In this document: piece by piece, positions 27,243-39,547 of the stretch
Layout of the letters: every line of letters starts with the position of its first letter
Numbering within the stretch: position 1 is the first letter of the stretch
Assembly (NCBI RefSeq): GCF_000143415.4
Contig: NW_003314298.1
Span: 1,209,250-1,273,249, forward strand
Direction of reading: 5' to 3'
Origin: Selaginella moellendorffii
Lineage: Eukaryota; Plantae; Lycopodiophyta
DNA length: 64,000 nucleotides
Position numbers and translations under genes: made by a program
Notes under the pieces: model-generated
Seen by the model: the letters and a program-made list of their open reading frames with translations, nothing else
Told to the model about the DNA's origin: nothing
Database searches by the model: none

Positions 27243-28379
27243 ATGGCTCATTTTCTCATTCTTCTTGTGTTCTTTCTAGAGATTTCTAGTAGCCAGGGGA
27301 TTAAATTGCCTTTATGGAGTCTTAGGAAGTTCAATACAACAGGAATAAGTTCTATGCACTTTAATGAAGATGTGGGGGGCTACGTGACTGTGATCACATT
27401 CGGGAGTTTGACCAACATGCACAGCCAGCTCATGAACTTTGATTCAGGATCAGACATTTGCTGGGTGCCGATAAGAAGTTACAAACGTCGCCAGCAAGCA
27501 CTCTCTTGCCAATCCCAAATCTGCAAGAATATATTTCGTGGTGATTGTGATTCGGCAAATAGGTGCAAGTTTGATGTAGCCTATGACAGAGGCAATGCCA
27601 GAGGAATCATCATCGAAGACTCTGTAATCCTCCCAGGAGCTCGTACCGGCCAGGATTTTGTCCCACAAAACCATTTCTATTTCGGTTTTGCTCAATCTCA
27701 GCAGGGTTTAACAGCAGGGGTGGGCGTTCTTGGCATGAATAGGGGTTCATCGTCATTCATTTCCCAATTCAGAGATGCTCTAGGGGGGAATGTCTTTTCA
27801 TTTTGCATGCCGATCGAAACATCACTTTCAACCATAGCGAATGACGATGAGCAGGAATTTGGGACTTCAACTCTTGGTGATGATGCAAGGCGAGTGAATG
27901 GTTTAGCGACGGTTCCTCTTAGCGAGCAAGAGGAAGACAAAGACATGTTTTTTGTGACGATTGTCGGCTTGACTATCGATGGTGATTACATCGCAATCGC
28001 TCCACAGCTCCTCCTGATTGATACCGGTTCTACATTCACAAGCCTAACACCAACAATCTACACTCTCGTCATCCAGAAATTTCAAAACTTGCTACCAGGA
28101 AGGAAGAAAGTTATCAGCCAAGCGATGTGCTTTAGAGCTTGCGATTGTGGCCCGGTTGAAGACATTCCAAAACTAGCTTATCATTTCGATAACGGGGTTC
28201 ATATGGAATTAGTACCCCACAACTTATTTGATCGACAGGGTGATTTCTGGTGTTCTACAATTAGGAAGGGAGAAACCAACATCCTTGGTCTTGCTCATAT
28301 GATGAACATTTTGGTTCTTTTGGATTCTGATAATAGTCTGTTTGGCTTCAAGCCAAATTGTATGGGCTATGCTAAATGA
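27243..28379 (+). CDS. Secreted pepsin-like (A1, nepenthesin/atypical type) aspartic protease, intronless
   Basis: Signal peptide MAHFLILLVFFLEISSS. Both catalytic motifs present (FDSGSDICWV, IDTGSTFTSL), plus flap Y, GVLGM and NILG. Confidence 0.88.
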   Translation: MAHFLILLVFFLEISSSQGIKLPLWSLRKFNTTGISSMHFNEDVGGYVTVITFGSLTNMHSQLMNFDSGSDICWVPIRSYKRRQQALSCQSQICKNIFRGDCDSANRCKFDVAYDRGNARGIIIEDSVILPGARTGQDFVPQNHFYFGFAQSQQGLTAGVGVLGMNRGSSSFISQFRDALGGNVFSFCMPIETSLSTIANDDEQEFGTSTLGDDARRVNGLATVPLSEQEEDKDMFFVTIVGLTIDGDYIAIAPQLLLIDTGSTFTSLTPTIYTLVIQKFQNLLPGRKKVISQAMCFRACDCGPVEDIPKLAYHFDNGVHMELVPHNLFDRQGDFWCSTIRKGETNILGLAHMMNILVLLDSDNSLFGFKPNCMGYAK

Positions 28380-28490
28380 AAGATATAAGATATTTCCTCT
28401 CTTTCGAGTTATACAATAGATTAGCTATATAGATCTCCCTCACCTGTACATTGAGATTACTATACACCAATCTTTCCCCAGCGTAAGCGA

Positions 28491-29997
28491 TCATTGATCG
28501 GCTTCGTTTGTTCGCATGAATTTGGTGTACTCTTGTTGCATCATCTCTCCGCCATTTGCTGAATCGAAGGTACATTTGTAGAAGCTAGAGCACAAAGAAA
28601 CAACACTCAGCAATCTAGAACAGCAAAACATAACAGTACCTGCCGTCTAGTCCCACAATGAGGACCGAGTTCTTCTGTGCTCCAAACGCGACAGTGGCAT
28701 GAATCTCTTCTGGGAGCCTGTACTGCGCAAACGACCATTCCGAGCTGAAGTACTTTGGTAGAACACCTGCGACAAAGCAAAACCAGCTTTCCCAGTTAGA
28801 AAACTCTGAGAAACTCGATCAAAAAACTTGACACAAACCTTTCATAAACGAAAGAGTTGAGCCAGGATTTCCACCGGGAGAGAGCGTTGGCGAGCCGGCA
28901 AACGGGCTTGTACACCCCGATCCCTGACTCCCACTCCTCTCGATGCTTTGAGCTTCAGCCGGCCTCGACTCGTCAGAAGGCGACGGACCCTTAAGTCTGA
29001 AAACATGCACGGTACCCTTGTCACTGGAAACGGCAAGCCATTGAGCGTTGGGCGAGAAGGCAATGCTGAAAATCTGTGCTCTATCTGCTCCCCTCCGCAG
29101 CTGGGAAAGCAAAAGTGAAAAGCCGAAGTTAATAGCCATCCAAAGAACCAAAAGAAAACGTCTTACCTCTTGGAGACGAGTTCCATCCATAGTGTTAAAG
29201 ATCCGGATGAGCGTCCCCTTGGTGCTGGCAGTAGCAAGGAGCTTCCCATCCTGCGAGAGACTGAAGCAAGCCAGATTGGAATCGTGCGCCGGGATGAACT
29301 TGGTTTTTCTTAGTCCGTAGTGTTCCACACGAACCTGCCCTTTGTGGAGTCCCGGACAAGCAAGAATCGGCGTCGTGGAGCTCGGGGACAATGCACACAG
29401 TCCCTTGCCGTTGGCGATCGTCTCAATCTGGTGAAGTAGCTTCAAGTCCACGAAATTGTAAACGTAGATCTTGTGCTCCAGGATCACGACTATCCTGTCC
29501 CTGCGGAGCTTCACCCCTCTAACCTCGGACCTGAATGCAAGCTCCCCAATGCAGCGGCCCTGGTGATCGTCCCAGATCATGACTTTGGTCGGAGGGTAGC
29601 GAGGGATCGGCCCACCGCCCACGATCGCGAGGATATTGCACCTAAAGAGCATCTCTACGAGCGCAATCCCTGCGTTTGGTACCTCTCGCCGGAACGTCTC
29701 CTTGAAGGGATCGCAATTGTAGATCCGGAAGCCTGTGTTTGTGCCGCACGCGAAACAACCATAGTCCTGGTTGAATGCGGCCGAGATGAGAAGCTTGGGG
29801 GCACTTGCCTGATCTTGAGCGGCAGTGCCGGCGCTAGGGTCGGAAGAATCCGTGTGCTCTACTGCTACTCCTGCTGCTGCTACCTGCGCCGGCGGCATCG
29901 GCGGCTCCTCATCACGAGATTGCTGCTGCTGTGGCGCCACCGGGTGATGATCGCCTGCCGGGAGCGCGACACCGAGGCCATTCGAGACGAGCGCCAT
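28491..29997 (-). CDS. ATG18: Autophagy-related protein 18 (ATG18a-like), copy 2, 4 exons
   Basis: Same motifs and intron positions as copy 1: [14 protein letters not shown]|[48 protein letters not shown]. Confidence 0.95.
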
Positions 29998-30013
29998 GCC
30001 CGGGCCCCTGCGT

Positions 30014-30028
30014 TAACCCTAACCCTAA
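30014..30028. promoter_or_regulatory. Tandem telo-box (TAACCCTAACCCTAA) just upstream of ATG18 copy 2
   Basis: Interstitial telomere motif ~20 bp from the ATG. Similar boxes lie at ~24700, ~53831, ~59882 and ~59908. Confidence 0.55.
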
Positions 30029-30178
30029 TTCTCAGAACGCCCTCCCTGTACCTTTATCAAAGCAAAAATTTACATTTTCCCCTTTTTAAACATGAAAAAG
30101 ATCGTAAATGCATTCGTTCTCTGAGAGTCAAAAACTAAAATTCGAATATATAATTGAAATAACAAAATCATAAAACAA

Positions 30179-31057
30179 TTATGCGGCAGCCATGATGCCC
30201 CAAAAATACGTCTTTACATTTTCTGGAATCCGCTGCCTCTTCCATGTCACAGTTTTATGCTCCCAATCAATAGTACCTCTAAAGAGCCCGTGACAGTAAC
30301 GCTTAGTAGCAAACACCATAGGAGCATAGCGCATCCCTTGCAACCTAAAAATCCACGATTTTTCTTGATCTAAAACTCCTGGAAGTTCCTCAAATTCTTC
30401 CCATTGTTTAGCTTCCTCATTGTAATAGCGAAGGTTTCCAAACTGTACAACAACCACCTTCCCTTGAACCATAGTCATCGTTGCACCATAGTGCTTAAAC
30501 TCTTTAGGGAGGTCAGCATAAAGCTCTGCCCAGGAATTCTGACCTGCATTGTAATACCTCAATTCTCTGTTTTCATACAAGCCAATCACACGATCTGCGC
30601 CGTTTGAGATCACATTCGTAATTATCCCTAATGTATCTAAACCAGCCACACGTCCAATTTTTACCCACTTGTCTTCACTTGCTGAGTATACCTGAGTCTT
30701 GTTTACTCCAAAGGCATGAATTGTATCTTCATCAACTGTAGCATAATACTGCTGACCAGGCTTCATGAAAGCTGTTGAGATTGTTGTCCACTTGAGGCCA
30801 TCATCTTTCAGGTTCATTTTGTAAAGGGCTGGCCGTCCTGGGTTTGGACGGCACTTTTGAGGATATTTCCGCATCCCCCGTACAGGAACCAACTTGACTA
30901 CGAAGACATGGAGATTACCCCCTGCAGAAGCATGAATTGCAGCCACACGCTCATCTGCTTCTAGCTGCACTTGCTCCAATTCTGTCCATGCTTCTGTTTC
31001 AATATCAAGATGTAAGATGCGTACATCATCGTCATAAAACAGCAAAATCAAACCCAT
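30179..31057 (-). CDS. Intronless Kelch-like beta-propeller protein without F-box, copy 1 (292 aa)
   Basis: Repeated Y-x5/6-W blade signatures (YSASEDKW, YNAGQNSW, YNEEAKQW). Full ORF is conserved in copy 2, with 9 of 292 residues different. Confidence 0.7.
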   Translation of the reverse strand: MGLILLFYDDDVRILHLDIETEAWTELEQVQLEADERVAAIHASAGGNLHVFVVKLVPVRGMRKYPQKCRPNPGRPALYKMNLKDDGLKWTTISTAFMKPGQQYYATVDEDTIHAFGVNKTQVYSASEDKWVKIGRVAGLDTLGIITNVISNGADRVIGLYENRELRYYNAGQNSWAELYADLPKEFKHYGATMTMVQGKVVVVQFGNLRYYNEEAKQWEEFEELPGVLDQEKSWIFRLQGMRYAPMVFATKRYCHGLFRGTIDWEHKTVTWKRQRIPENVKTYFWGIMAAA

Positions 31058-31170
31058 TCCTACGACTTACCCTAAGGATTGTTGCCCTTAAATATATGGA
31101 AGGTAAACATAAATCGAATATGCTAATATCCTTGTCCCCAAAACTTAAGTAAAACCGACATGGAAACACA

Positions 31171-31506
31171 GGGAGAATCCGTGACCAGGATTTCGGCTGG
31201 TGCGTGGAGCCTACCGATCAATTTAAAACCCCAAGAAATAATGTAGCAATCGATCGAGCGTCCACTCCAAGAAAGAAATCCTTCCCTCTATACCCACATT
31301 CTGCTGGATTGGAGTGACGAGCTGAGTACCGGAAAATATGCTCCCCGACGCTCCATCTGCTCGCAGCACGATGGCGATCCACATTGCATTTTCTTGCACT
31401 GGAATCTAGCGCATACTTGTTGTAGCTCCAGGCCGTGGCATTCCGGTGGCGGCAGCCAAGAGCCAAGAGCCACAGCCGATCCGCTGGCTCGGCTTGTTCC
31501 ACGTGC
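31171..31506 (-). repeat. Chimeric deleted copy of ATG18-1 5' region fused to PDK 5'/upstream region, unit 1
   Basis: Shares GGGAGAATCCGTGACC, GGATTTCGGCTGG and CTCTATACCCAC..GGATTGGA with 24511-24810, and GCATTTTCTTG, TGGCGGCAGCCAAGA and GGCTCGGCTTGTTCCACGTG with 26660-26966. Confidence 0.85.
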
Positions 31507-31509
31507 CTT

Positions 31510-32060
31510 CATGTTCACAAAGCGAAGCGGCACCCTTCTTCAGATTCAGAAGACGCTTCCACTGGAAGAAGAAGTTCCTTAGGCTGCTCAGCTTGAGACA
31601 TTCCAAGGAGCTCCTTGCCGTGCTTCTGTAGCATCACCTGGCCACTCTTGCTGGCCACTTGATGTCAACCTTGTTCATGAAATACGGGTATCACCCAACC
31701 CCCTCCACAGCAGCCCAGTCGAAGCCAATGAATTTGACCTATACTTGCCTGCTGGGATAACTGACCCTCACCATCACGTTCACATCTCTAACATCTCCAT
31801 GCACCCCAATGTCACCTGTGACTGGGATTCCGTGTGCTTTGTCTTGTGCCTGTGGGTGCCCATGAAGTGGACACCAGTCCTCCCCTAGGTACTCCAAATT
31901 CACTTGCACCCATCCTCTAGGAAGCTGGTCTATATTATAGCTGAGGAGCCAGCCTAACCTCTTCAGCTGCCCAAGCCCTGTGCACAGCTTCCCATAAGAA
32001 CCTTGAGTGTACTTATGTCCTAGATGAGAAAAACCAATATTCTTACACTTTTTTAATAGC
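31510..32060 (-). pseudogene. Decayed fungal/Crinkler-type protein kinase fragment, unit 1
   Basis: LP.GWVQVNLEYL..VHGDVRDVNVMV..KFIGFDWAAVEG..YPYFMNKVDIKWPA; frameshifted. Confidence 0.7.
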
Positions 32061-33170
32061 TGATTTGTTAATCCCAAAAACATTTTTATTTTCTTAAGTT
32101 AATACAAATTAGTGAAAGGGTTCTAACTTACTTTAGTTTAGTACATAGTTTGTATGATGCAACTTAAAAAAGAGATATTAACTTTTTGGGCTAAAGCAAT
32201 TGAGTTAAATAAAGTTTGGAGTTGATGTAAAAAAGTGGCCATTGCACTTTTTTAAAAAAAGTGATCCTTATGACTTTCTTTTGTAACATTATGCTTAGTT
32301 AAATGAGGTTTTTATTCTCTAGAAAAACCAACTTTGGGCTGAGTTTTGTTAAGGCACAAAACCGGCAAAGAGCCATAATAGAAAGTTTCGTTATACACAA
32401 AACCAATGAAGAGCAATAGGTAGTCTTCACATGAAGGTACTTCTAGAAAACCTCTAAGTGTTAAGAGGTCAGTCTTGAAAGGGGAATTGCTCATGAACTT
32501 ATTTTTTTTGATCCCCAAAAGGAGAAAGGGGTCAATCTTGAGAGGAGAGTTGCTTATAAGTTTAATGGCCCATGCTATTGTGATTGTGGAATCCAAAACA
32601 CCATCTATCCATTGGTGTTCACAATCACTCGTGAATACTTGCCTCTCTTGATTCCTTCAAAGGGCATGCCTTACATCATCTTTTGCTTCATTGAGTCTCT
32701 CAGCCAAAGTACATTAAACCATGTGTATTCCTTGAAACCATGGAGGTACATTGCTCTCCTTTGATTTCCTCTTATGCACTTTCATATCTGCCCCAACTGT
32801 AAGCTATTGATGATTAGACCCTATTGAGACTCAATACCATTATATTGCTCTTGTCGGTGTTGAGTGCTTTTGTTGGTGCCTTTGCTCGGATCTCTTCAAA
32901 AACGAGTGACAACTCTGACTAACAACCTTGATAAAGGTCTCTATCAAAACTTGTACCTTTGAAGTATGGTCATCCATACACTTGTGCCATTGCTAGATAT
33001 GTACATGAGTCACAAACCTTGAAATCCTTGTGAAGGGACTTGGGCCAAATTCATGTTTCCACTCTTTGGTAGGATGGACATTTATCTTGAGTGTCTTCAT
33101 AGCTAGGGCCAAAAACACCCAAACTTATTCATCATCACTAAACACCCTCATTTGCCATAGAGAAGCTAAA

Positions 33171-34036
33171 AGTTTGCCAAAGTGTTGGTGACAGAATCCT
33201 CCTCATGTGAGGAGCTTTATTTCCAAACCTCCACCATTATTGACCTTGAAGAAGCTCACAAGAAGAACCACCTCCTCAAGAAGTCCTCAAAACCGACACA
33301 CTTGAACCAAGGTCACACACGACACCATCACTTCAAATTCTTAATCTTTGGCAAAAATCACCTTACAAGTCTTAGGGATGAGGAGGATTTCCTTTACCTT
33401 GCTTGAGCTCACCATTGTCCATGGAACAAGCCTCCAATCCCCCAAAAAAAGAATTATGGAGTAACAAATTACAAGTCTAAGCAACAAGTCGAGGACTCAA
33501 ATATTTAGATCTCTTTCTTCCACCATTTGATCTTCTTGAAATTCTAAAGGCATAATCTCTATAACCAGGTTTAGCTTCTCACTAACGTGATCTAAGATGT
33601 AGAGAAGTTGAAGGTTTGCCAAAGTGTTGGTGATGGAATTGTCCTCACGTGGGGAACTTTGTTTCCACACCTCCACCACTGCTAACCTTGAAGAAGCTCA
33701 CAAGAAGAGCCACCTCCTTGAAAAGTCTTCAAGACCGATACACTTGAAGCAAGGTTACACACGACACCATCACTACAAGCTCCTAATCCTTGGCAAGAAT
33801 CATCTTACAAGTCTTAGGGATGAGGAGGATCTCTTTCACCTTGCTTGAGCTCACCACTGTCTATGAAGCAAGCCTCCAGACCCCCAAAAAGAGAACCATG
33901 GAGTAATGAATGACAAGTCTAAGCAACAAGTTGAGGACTCAAATACTTAAATCTTCTTTCTCCACCATTTGATCTTCCTGAAATTCTAAAGGCATAATCT
34001 CTATAACTAAGTTCAGCTTCTAACCGACATGATCTA
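33171..34036. repeat. Two-copy direct tandem repeat, period ~442 bp
   Basis: 33171-33597 and 33613-34036 align; the parallel ORFs are MLVTESSSCEELYF and MLVMELSSRGELCF. Confidence 0.9.
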
Positions 34037-36829
34037 GAAACAAATGCATCAACTAAGAGAGCCAGCCATTTGAACTTACATTGAATTTCATTTGCTTGAA
34101 CTATATTACTTGAGTAGACAAATCTCACAACCCAACTATTAAATCTTTGTGAAACCTTGTAAGTACAATCTTCCTAGTGTCTTCTAGTTTTTCACTAGAG
34201 CAATTTTCAGTCAAATGGCACATAAAGCAGCCACAATTGACCCATTCTCACCTTAAACCTTAGCCACCAAATTGATTAAGCATTATACTTAGTGGTAACC
34301 TTGCATGTCATTAAACACTATGATAATAGTGAGCTCTCATTGATCTTGATTTGGTCTTGGTAAACTTATATCTTAGTTAATGATGGTGATGTTTAACTTA
34401 GTTATTTGAGGTTGAGGTGTTAGTACTTATATTGTAACTTTGTTTATTATGAGGTTGTGTACATATATGAATTCATCCCATGGTCTTCATTTTAGTTTCT
34501 GATGAGTGTTAATTATGCAAGTTAGTCTTTTCAAGACATGCTCAAAGTTATTGGCTAGATGTGTTGGTATGCTTATTGTAGTTGAGTTGGATTTGAGTAA
34601 TCATTTTAACTATGCTTGTCCATCTTTCTATATCTTGTACTTAAGGTATTACCTTCATATTAAACAAGTATACAACTTGATGACATGAATTTAATATTTA
34701 AGTTTTGTGAAGGCAAGTTGAAGAGTGATTGTTTAGGTTTGCTTTATCAAATGGTATTGCAGATGATTGTATTGATAAATTTACATGGCTTTTCCATATT
34801 AGCATGTTGATTTTACTTTGTTAATAACATTTAATTGCATTTAGTCTATGGTGTTAAATTTTATTAAGCCTTGGACGTAGTGATTCACTCATTGATAATG
34901 TATTTATTATTTGTAGCTAAGTATTGTTGAAGGATTAATTTAAGGTATCTTTGACTTTGGTTTAGCTTGGTTGCTAAAGAGTGTTGAATGGTAATTCACT
35001 CTTACTTTTAACTATATTTTGGTGTTGATAACATTGAAGTGGTGCATTGATATTGACATTATTGACATTGAGATTAGAGAGAGATAAAATGCCTTTTCAT
35101 AAGATTGATATTAAGTTTCATTAATCTTGATGCAGATAGTGTTAATAATTTTGTTGTAGCTTTATATCGTTAGCATTTATGCACTTACTAGTTAGTTACT
35201 ATATTGACTTTCAAATGAGTTAAGTGGCAAGTTTGAGTTAATTATGTTCTAGATAAATTTGTTTAGTTGAGTTCAACTTTACCTTCTTATTGAGAAATGA
35301 TTTAGTCATGGACATTACTAGTCTTGCAAGAGGAAGAGTTAGTGATCAATATTGAAGTGATTGAATCTTTATTAAATTTATGTTGGGATTATATCGATCA
35401 TTGATGATTCTTATTGCACTTATTATAAAGTGAATCACATTGTATTATAAAAAATGGATTCATGGAGGATTGTTTAATAATCATTTGTTGAGCAAAACTT
35501 TGTTGTGCTTGTTTTTTAGATTGATGCAAACATGCTCTTCATTAGCTTTTGTATCACAAAATTTAATTTATAAATATATTGAGAAGGATATTATGGGTTG
35601 TACCATAATTTTATTTTTTGCATTGAAGTTAGTTTGTGTGAAACTTGTGATGCTCAAAAACGATGCCATGGAAAACCACTGCCATTGCTATTATAAGCTA
35701 ATGCTCCACACTTTCGATCGCATTCCACCGAGGGGGCTCTTTACCCGGGCGTCTGCCGCTACCGGGTGTGCTCTATGAGTCGAGTTGATCTCATCGTGCG
35801 TCTCCCAAGCTAGACATTTTCAAACTACATGCACAAGCACTGCTTTTCTCCGGTATGTATGGTTCTTCTTGTGCTCATTTTGCTTATACTCTTGTCTAGA
35901 TCGATTTTCCATGCATTGTGGTCACTCCACGCCGGACCTGGTATACTTTTGATCTGCCCTTTGGAAACTTTTGAGAAAGCTTGCTCTCGTTTGAGCTCAA
36001 TCAAGCCTCTCACATCATGGCCATAGTTTTGGCACCCAAAACCAAGTGTTTGAAGACAAGCTTCACTACCAAGATCACCACCCATTCCATGAGGTGTGAC
36101 TTGTTTATATTGAATCTAAGATTTTCTTTAAGAGCTTCCCTGGTTTATTGGATTTCTGGTGCAACCCTGGAGTTTTTCTTGTTGAGTAAACTTTCACGGT
36201 TTGGAGCAATATATTATTGCTAGGAAAAGGCATCAAACTTGGAGCTAGAGTACAGGATTTGAAAGAATTGAAACCAATGGACCTCCAGCTTTGACAATAG
36301 ATGGGACCATGGATCAAATCAAACTCGAGCTCAAACAAGCCATCTTCCAGGACACTACCTTAAACGAATGTTGCTGGTTCTTGTTGCAGCATACTTATAT
36401 TTTGCTTCTCAGAAGTAGCTTTTGCATCAGTTGCTTGCTCAGATTGAGACGCAGAGTCCATCCAACCCACTTTGTTTGCCATGGCCTCGGGATTTTAAAT
36501 AAAACGTGTCCCAAAACACAAGTGAGAGTTCCATTCCATCGAGAAGAGAATGGTTTCTTTCTTGAGCTTGACAGCAGCAACGAACTGAGCACCGTGCTCA
36601 GAATTTGTGCCTACAAAACAAAAAAGCTTGCGCTGCTGTACGGTATACGTTAAGAAGCAATTAGTGTACACTTTGGACGGGAACCTGGTGGCCGGATATC
36701 TGGCTAGAATAAAGAAATGTATCACAGGTTCGAATCCACAGCCAGAGACCCAATCAAAATTCTTTTGTCTGAACGGAATGCTCTTCGATCCCTAGGGTTT
36801 GGCTCTTGGATCGCGCAATATTCCCTTTC

Positions 36830-37800
36830 ACTGGCAAATGCGCGCAGCAAGAACACACGAGGCATTCGATCGACGCGGCGTCAATCTTGTTCGATTGAAT
36901 GCCCCAGAGAAATCCTGTGTCCTGCAACACAGTCGAACAATCCTACATCCGGACCTCCAATCGCGGCCAGGTAAACAAGATCTTTGATTCTATGCCGCAT
37001 CATGAGGTGGTTGCTTGGAACTCACTCATTACACTGTATGCCCAGTCCGGGCATCTTGAGCTTTCCAAGAACACGGAGTTCCGTCTCTTGGAACCGCGCT
37101 TGTGGCAGCATCCCGTATCCGTGACTGAGAGTCTATGTTTGATTGCTTCTCAGAGCGCCATGGAACTCGATGATAATGGCGCTCGCGCACCAGGGGCAAA
37201 TTGTGGCAGCGAAATCGACCGTCGACAAAATGTCGGCCAAGGATCTCGTGTCCTACCACTGTGCTACGCCCAGAATGACAGGATGTTCCATCGGTTCCCC
37301 TTCACCAGTACAGCGGTGAATACCAGAGGGGGGTTTTTCTGTATTTTACTTTTGCGAATGGAGTGGAGACGTATGGAGCGTTGGAGGGCGCGAGAGAGAT
37401 CTTTGATTTCATGCCGGATCAAGACGTGGTGCGTGGACGGCGATGACGACAGCCACCAGGGCTTCGTCGCCCTCACGAAGAACATCTTTGATCAAATCCC
37501 GGAGAAGAATCCAGTACCGTGGATCGTCGCATTTGCCATTTTGACGAGGCCGTTCACGAGATCCTGCGCAAGACCAGTGTCTGCTGGATCACGCAACTTT
37601 CAACTTGAGCACCATGTTGGAGAGCATGAAGATGTGCACCTTGGTTTCCTGGACAACCAATGCTCAGAACGGGCACTATGATCGAGCAGTGGAAATCTTC
37701 CAGCTTATGAATCTCGAGGGTGTCAAGCCGGACGAGTTGATGTTCCGGAGCGTTCTAACTTTGTGCAGCCATGTTGGTCTAGTAGCCGAGTTGGTACTCA
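36830..37800 (+). pseudogene. PLS-class PPR pseudogene (inverted duplicate of 13400-14330)
   Basis: FDSMPHHEVVAWNSLITLYAQSGHLE..IFDQIPEKNPVPW..AQNGHYDRAVEIFQLMNLEGVKPDELMFRSVLTLCSHVGLV. Confidence 0.85.
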
Positions 37801-38039
37801 CTTCGATTGCTTTTACCATTTGCTTTTTGAGATCATACACACATAATAAGGGAAATACATCTGAATATCTCCTTTCCATAACTAAGATTGAGGGAAAGTC
37901 CTATGCTTCTCATCCTTTTGCAGCTGATTTATTTAAGCCTTCGTGTAGATAAGAGGCTTATATAGTGTGCTGCTGGTATCACCACACCAATAGAGACTAC
38001 GCTCAAGCATCACACCACACTATCAATCTGTGATTGTTT

Positions 38040-39382
38040 AATGAAAAGTGAACTTCTTCTAATACCAGTGATCACATATAAGATATAATCCAATAGCTAG
38101 TTCGCTAGTTTCTAGTTTGTGTTCATATTCTTCGCGGATCCTCTCCATCTCTTTGAAGAACAAGAGTTTTGGAGCTAAGCAGTGTCACCTGATCTCGCCC
38201 AAAGAGGACGTGGTACACATCCTCGACTTGCTTTCGGTCACAGCGTGATATTCCTGCAGTACACATGGCCTGCAATGTTGATGTGCACGGCATCTGTATG
38301 ACTATAACAAGATAAATCTCATATTTTGTAGCAGTTGTTGTCTTTCTGGCAAACCAGTGTTGCATAGCTTGGTCTGTCCAATATTGGTTGTTCCAATTAT
38401 TGGATAGAACGTCTTCCAGGTCTAATCCCAGGTGTTCCATCCATTCTTGCAATTCCTTCCACTGTGGTTCATGCTGGATGAAGTTTGTGTGAAGTGCTTC
38501 TAACATACCCCAGATAATACATATCGGGGTAGTCCTGGAGCTGTGACTTCACATGCATAAAGGGCAACTGGTGGCACTTTAGCATTATAGAATAGTCTTC
38601 CAATCTGTGACTGTATTATTATGACAGTCTGACTAGAAACTATTATATACTTTGTGCGGCTTTCACATGATCTTTGACACCTTCAGTCCATGTTCCTTGT
38701 TTGTGCACGTATCCTAGGTATTTGCAAGCTTGTGTCTCTTCCACAAGCTCACCATATCCTGGAAGATAATATCTGCGTTTTGCCCAAGTATACTTGCACT
38801 CCTGCCTTCACACAGAAGCTCGCGAGTGTGTCTGCATCCGGGGCAACCAGCAGCAAGTCGTCAGCATATAGAAGCGAGTATACGATAATTCTTCTCCTTT
38901 AATATCACTTCCAACGCTCCAATGTATATTGCAAACAACGTAGGGGAGAGTGGACACTTTTGCATATGGTTGATGACCATTAAAGATTTGTAGTTTCACC
39001 AATTTGTAAAGCTCAATGATGGCAGCTCAATGATGTCTGTCAAATACCTTGGCAAGTCGATATAACCACTTTGAAGCTTTGAAGCGAAGATTCATTTTCT
39101 AGTTCTTATCAAAACAAAGTGAATCTCTATAACTCTGGGAGTCGTTGCCTCTAGGATTCCCATGTACAATTCAAACTGGGAAAATCCAGTCCCTGGGCGT
39201 TCAAGATCACCTTTTGGTGTGACGCAGCCATTGGATCTATTGCCAAGTGGTGGCCACCCAGATAGAAATTTCTAGGATTGTCCAGGCGACGCTCTCGAGA
39301 GAGATCAATGCTACCTATAGCTCCTCTCTTTATGTGGTGGCTTTGCACCATTTCTTTGTACTTAACAGATGAGATAAGATCT
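38040..39382 (-). mobile_element. LINE reverse transcriptase relic (inverted duplicate)
   Basis: Minus strand reads SLLYADDLLL (~38850-38878) and KYLG (~38712), followed by the C..C..EDVYHVLF zinc-finger remnant. Confidence 0.78.
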
Positions 39383-39547
39383 TGTTAGAGCCACATGGCA
39401 TACAGCCACCTGGCTTGAGTCGTGATCCACTTACATTTTCCCTTTTTTAAACATGAAAAAGTCGTAAATGCATTCGTCCTCGCCGACAAAAGAGTCAAAA
39501 AACCAAAAATTCGAATATATAATTGAAATAACAAAATAATAAAACAA

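Larger units (their letters stand above)
35652..39382. repeat. Right arm of inverted segmental duplication (partner 11890-15448)
   Basis: Reverse-complement identity to the left arm along its whole length, with small indels. Confidence 0.95.
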
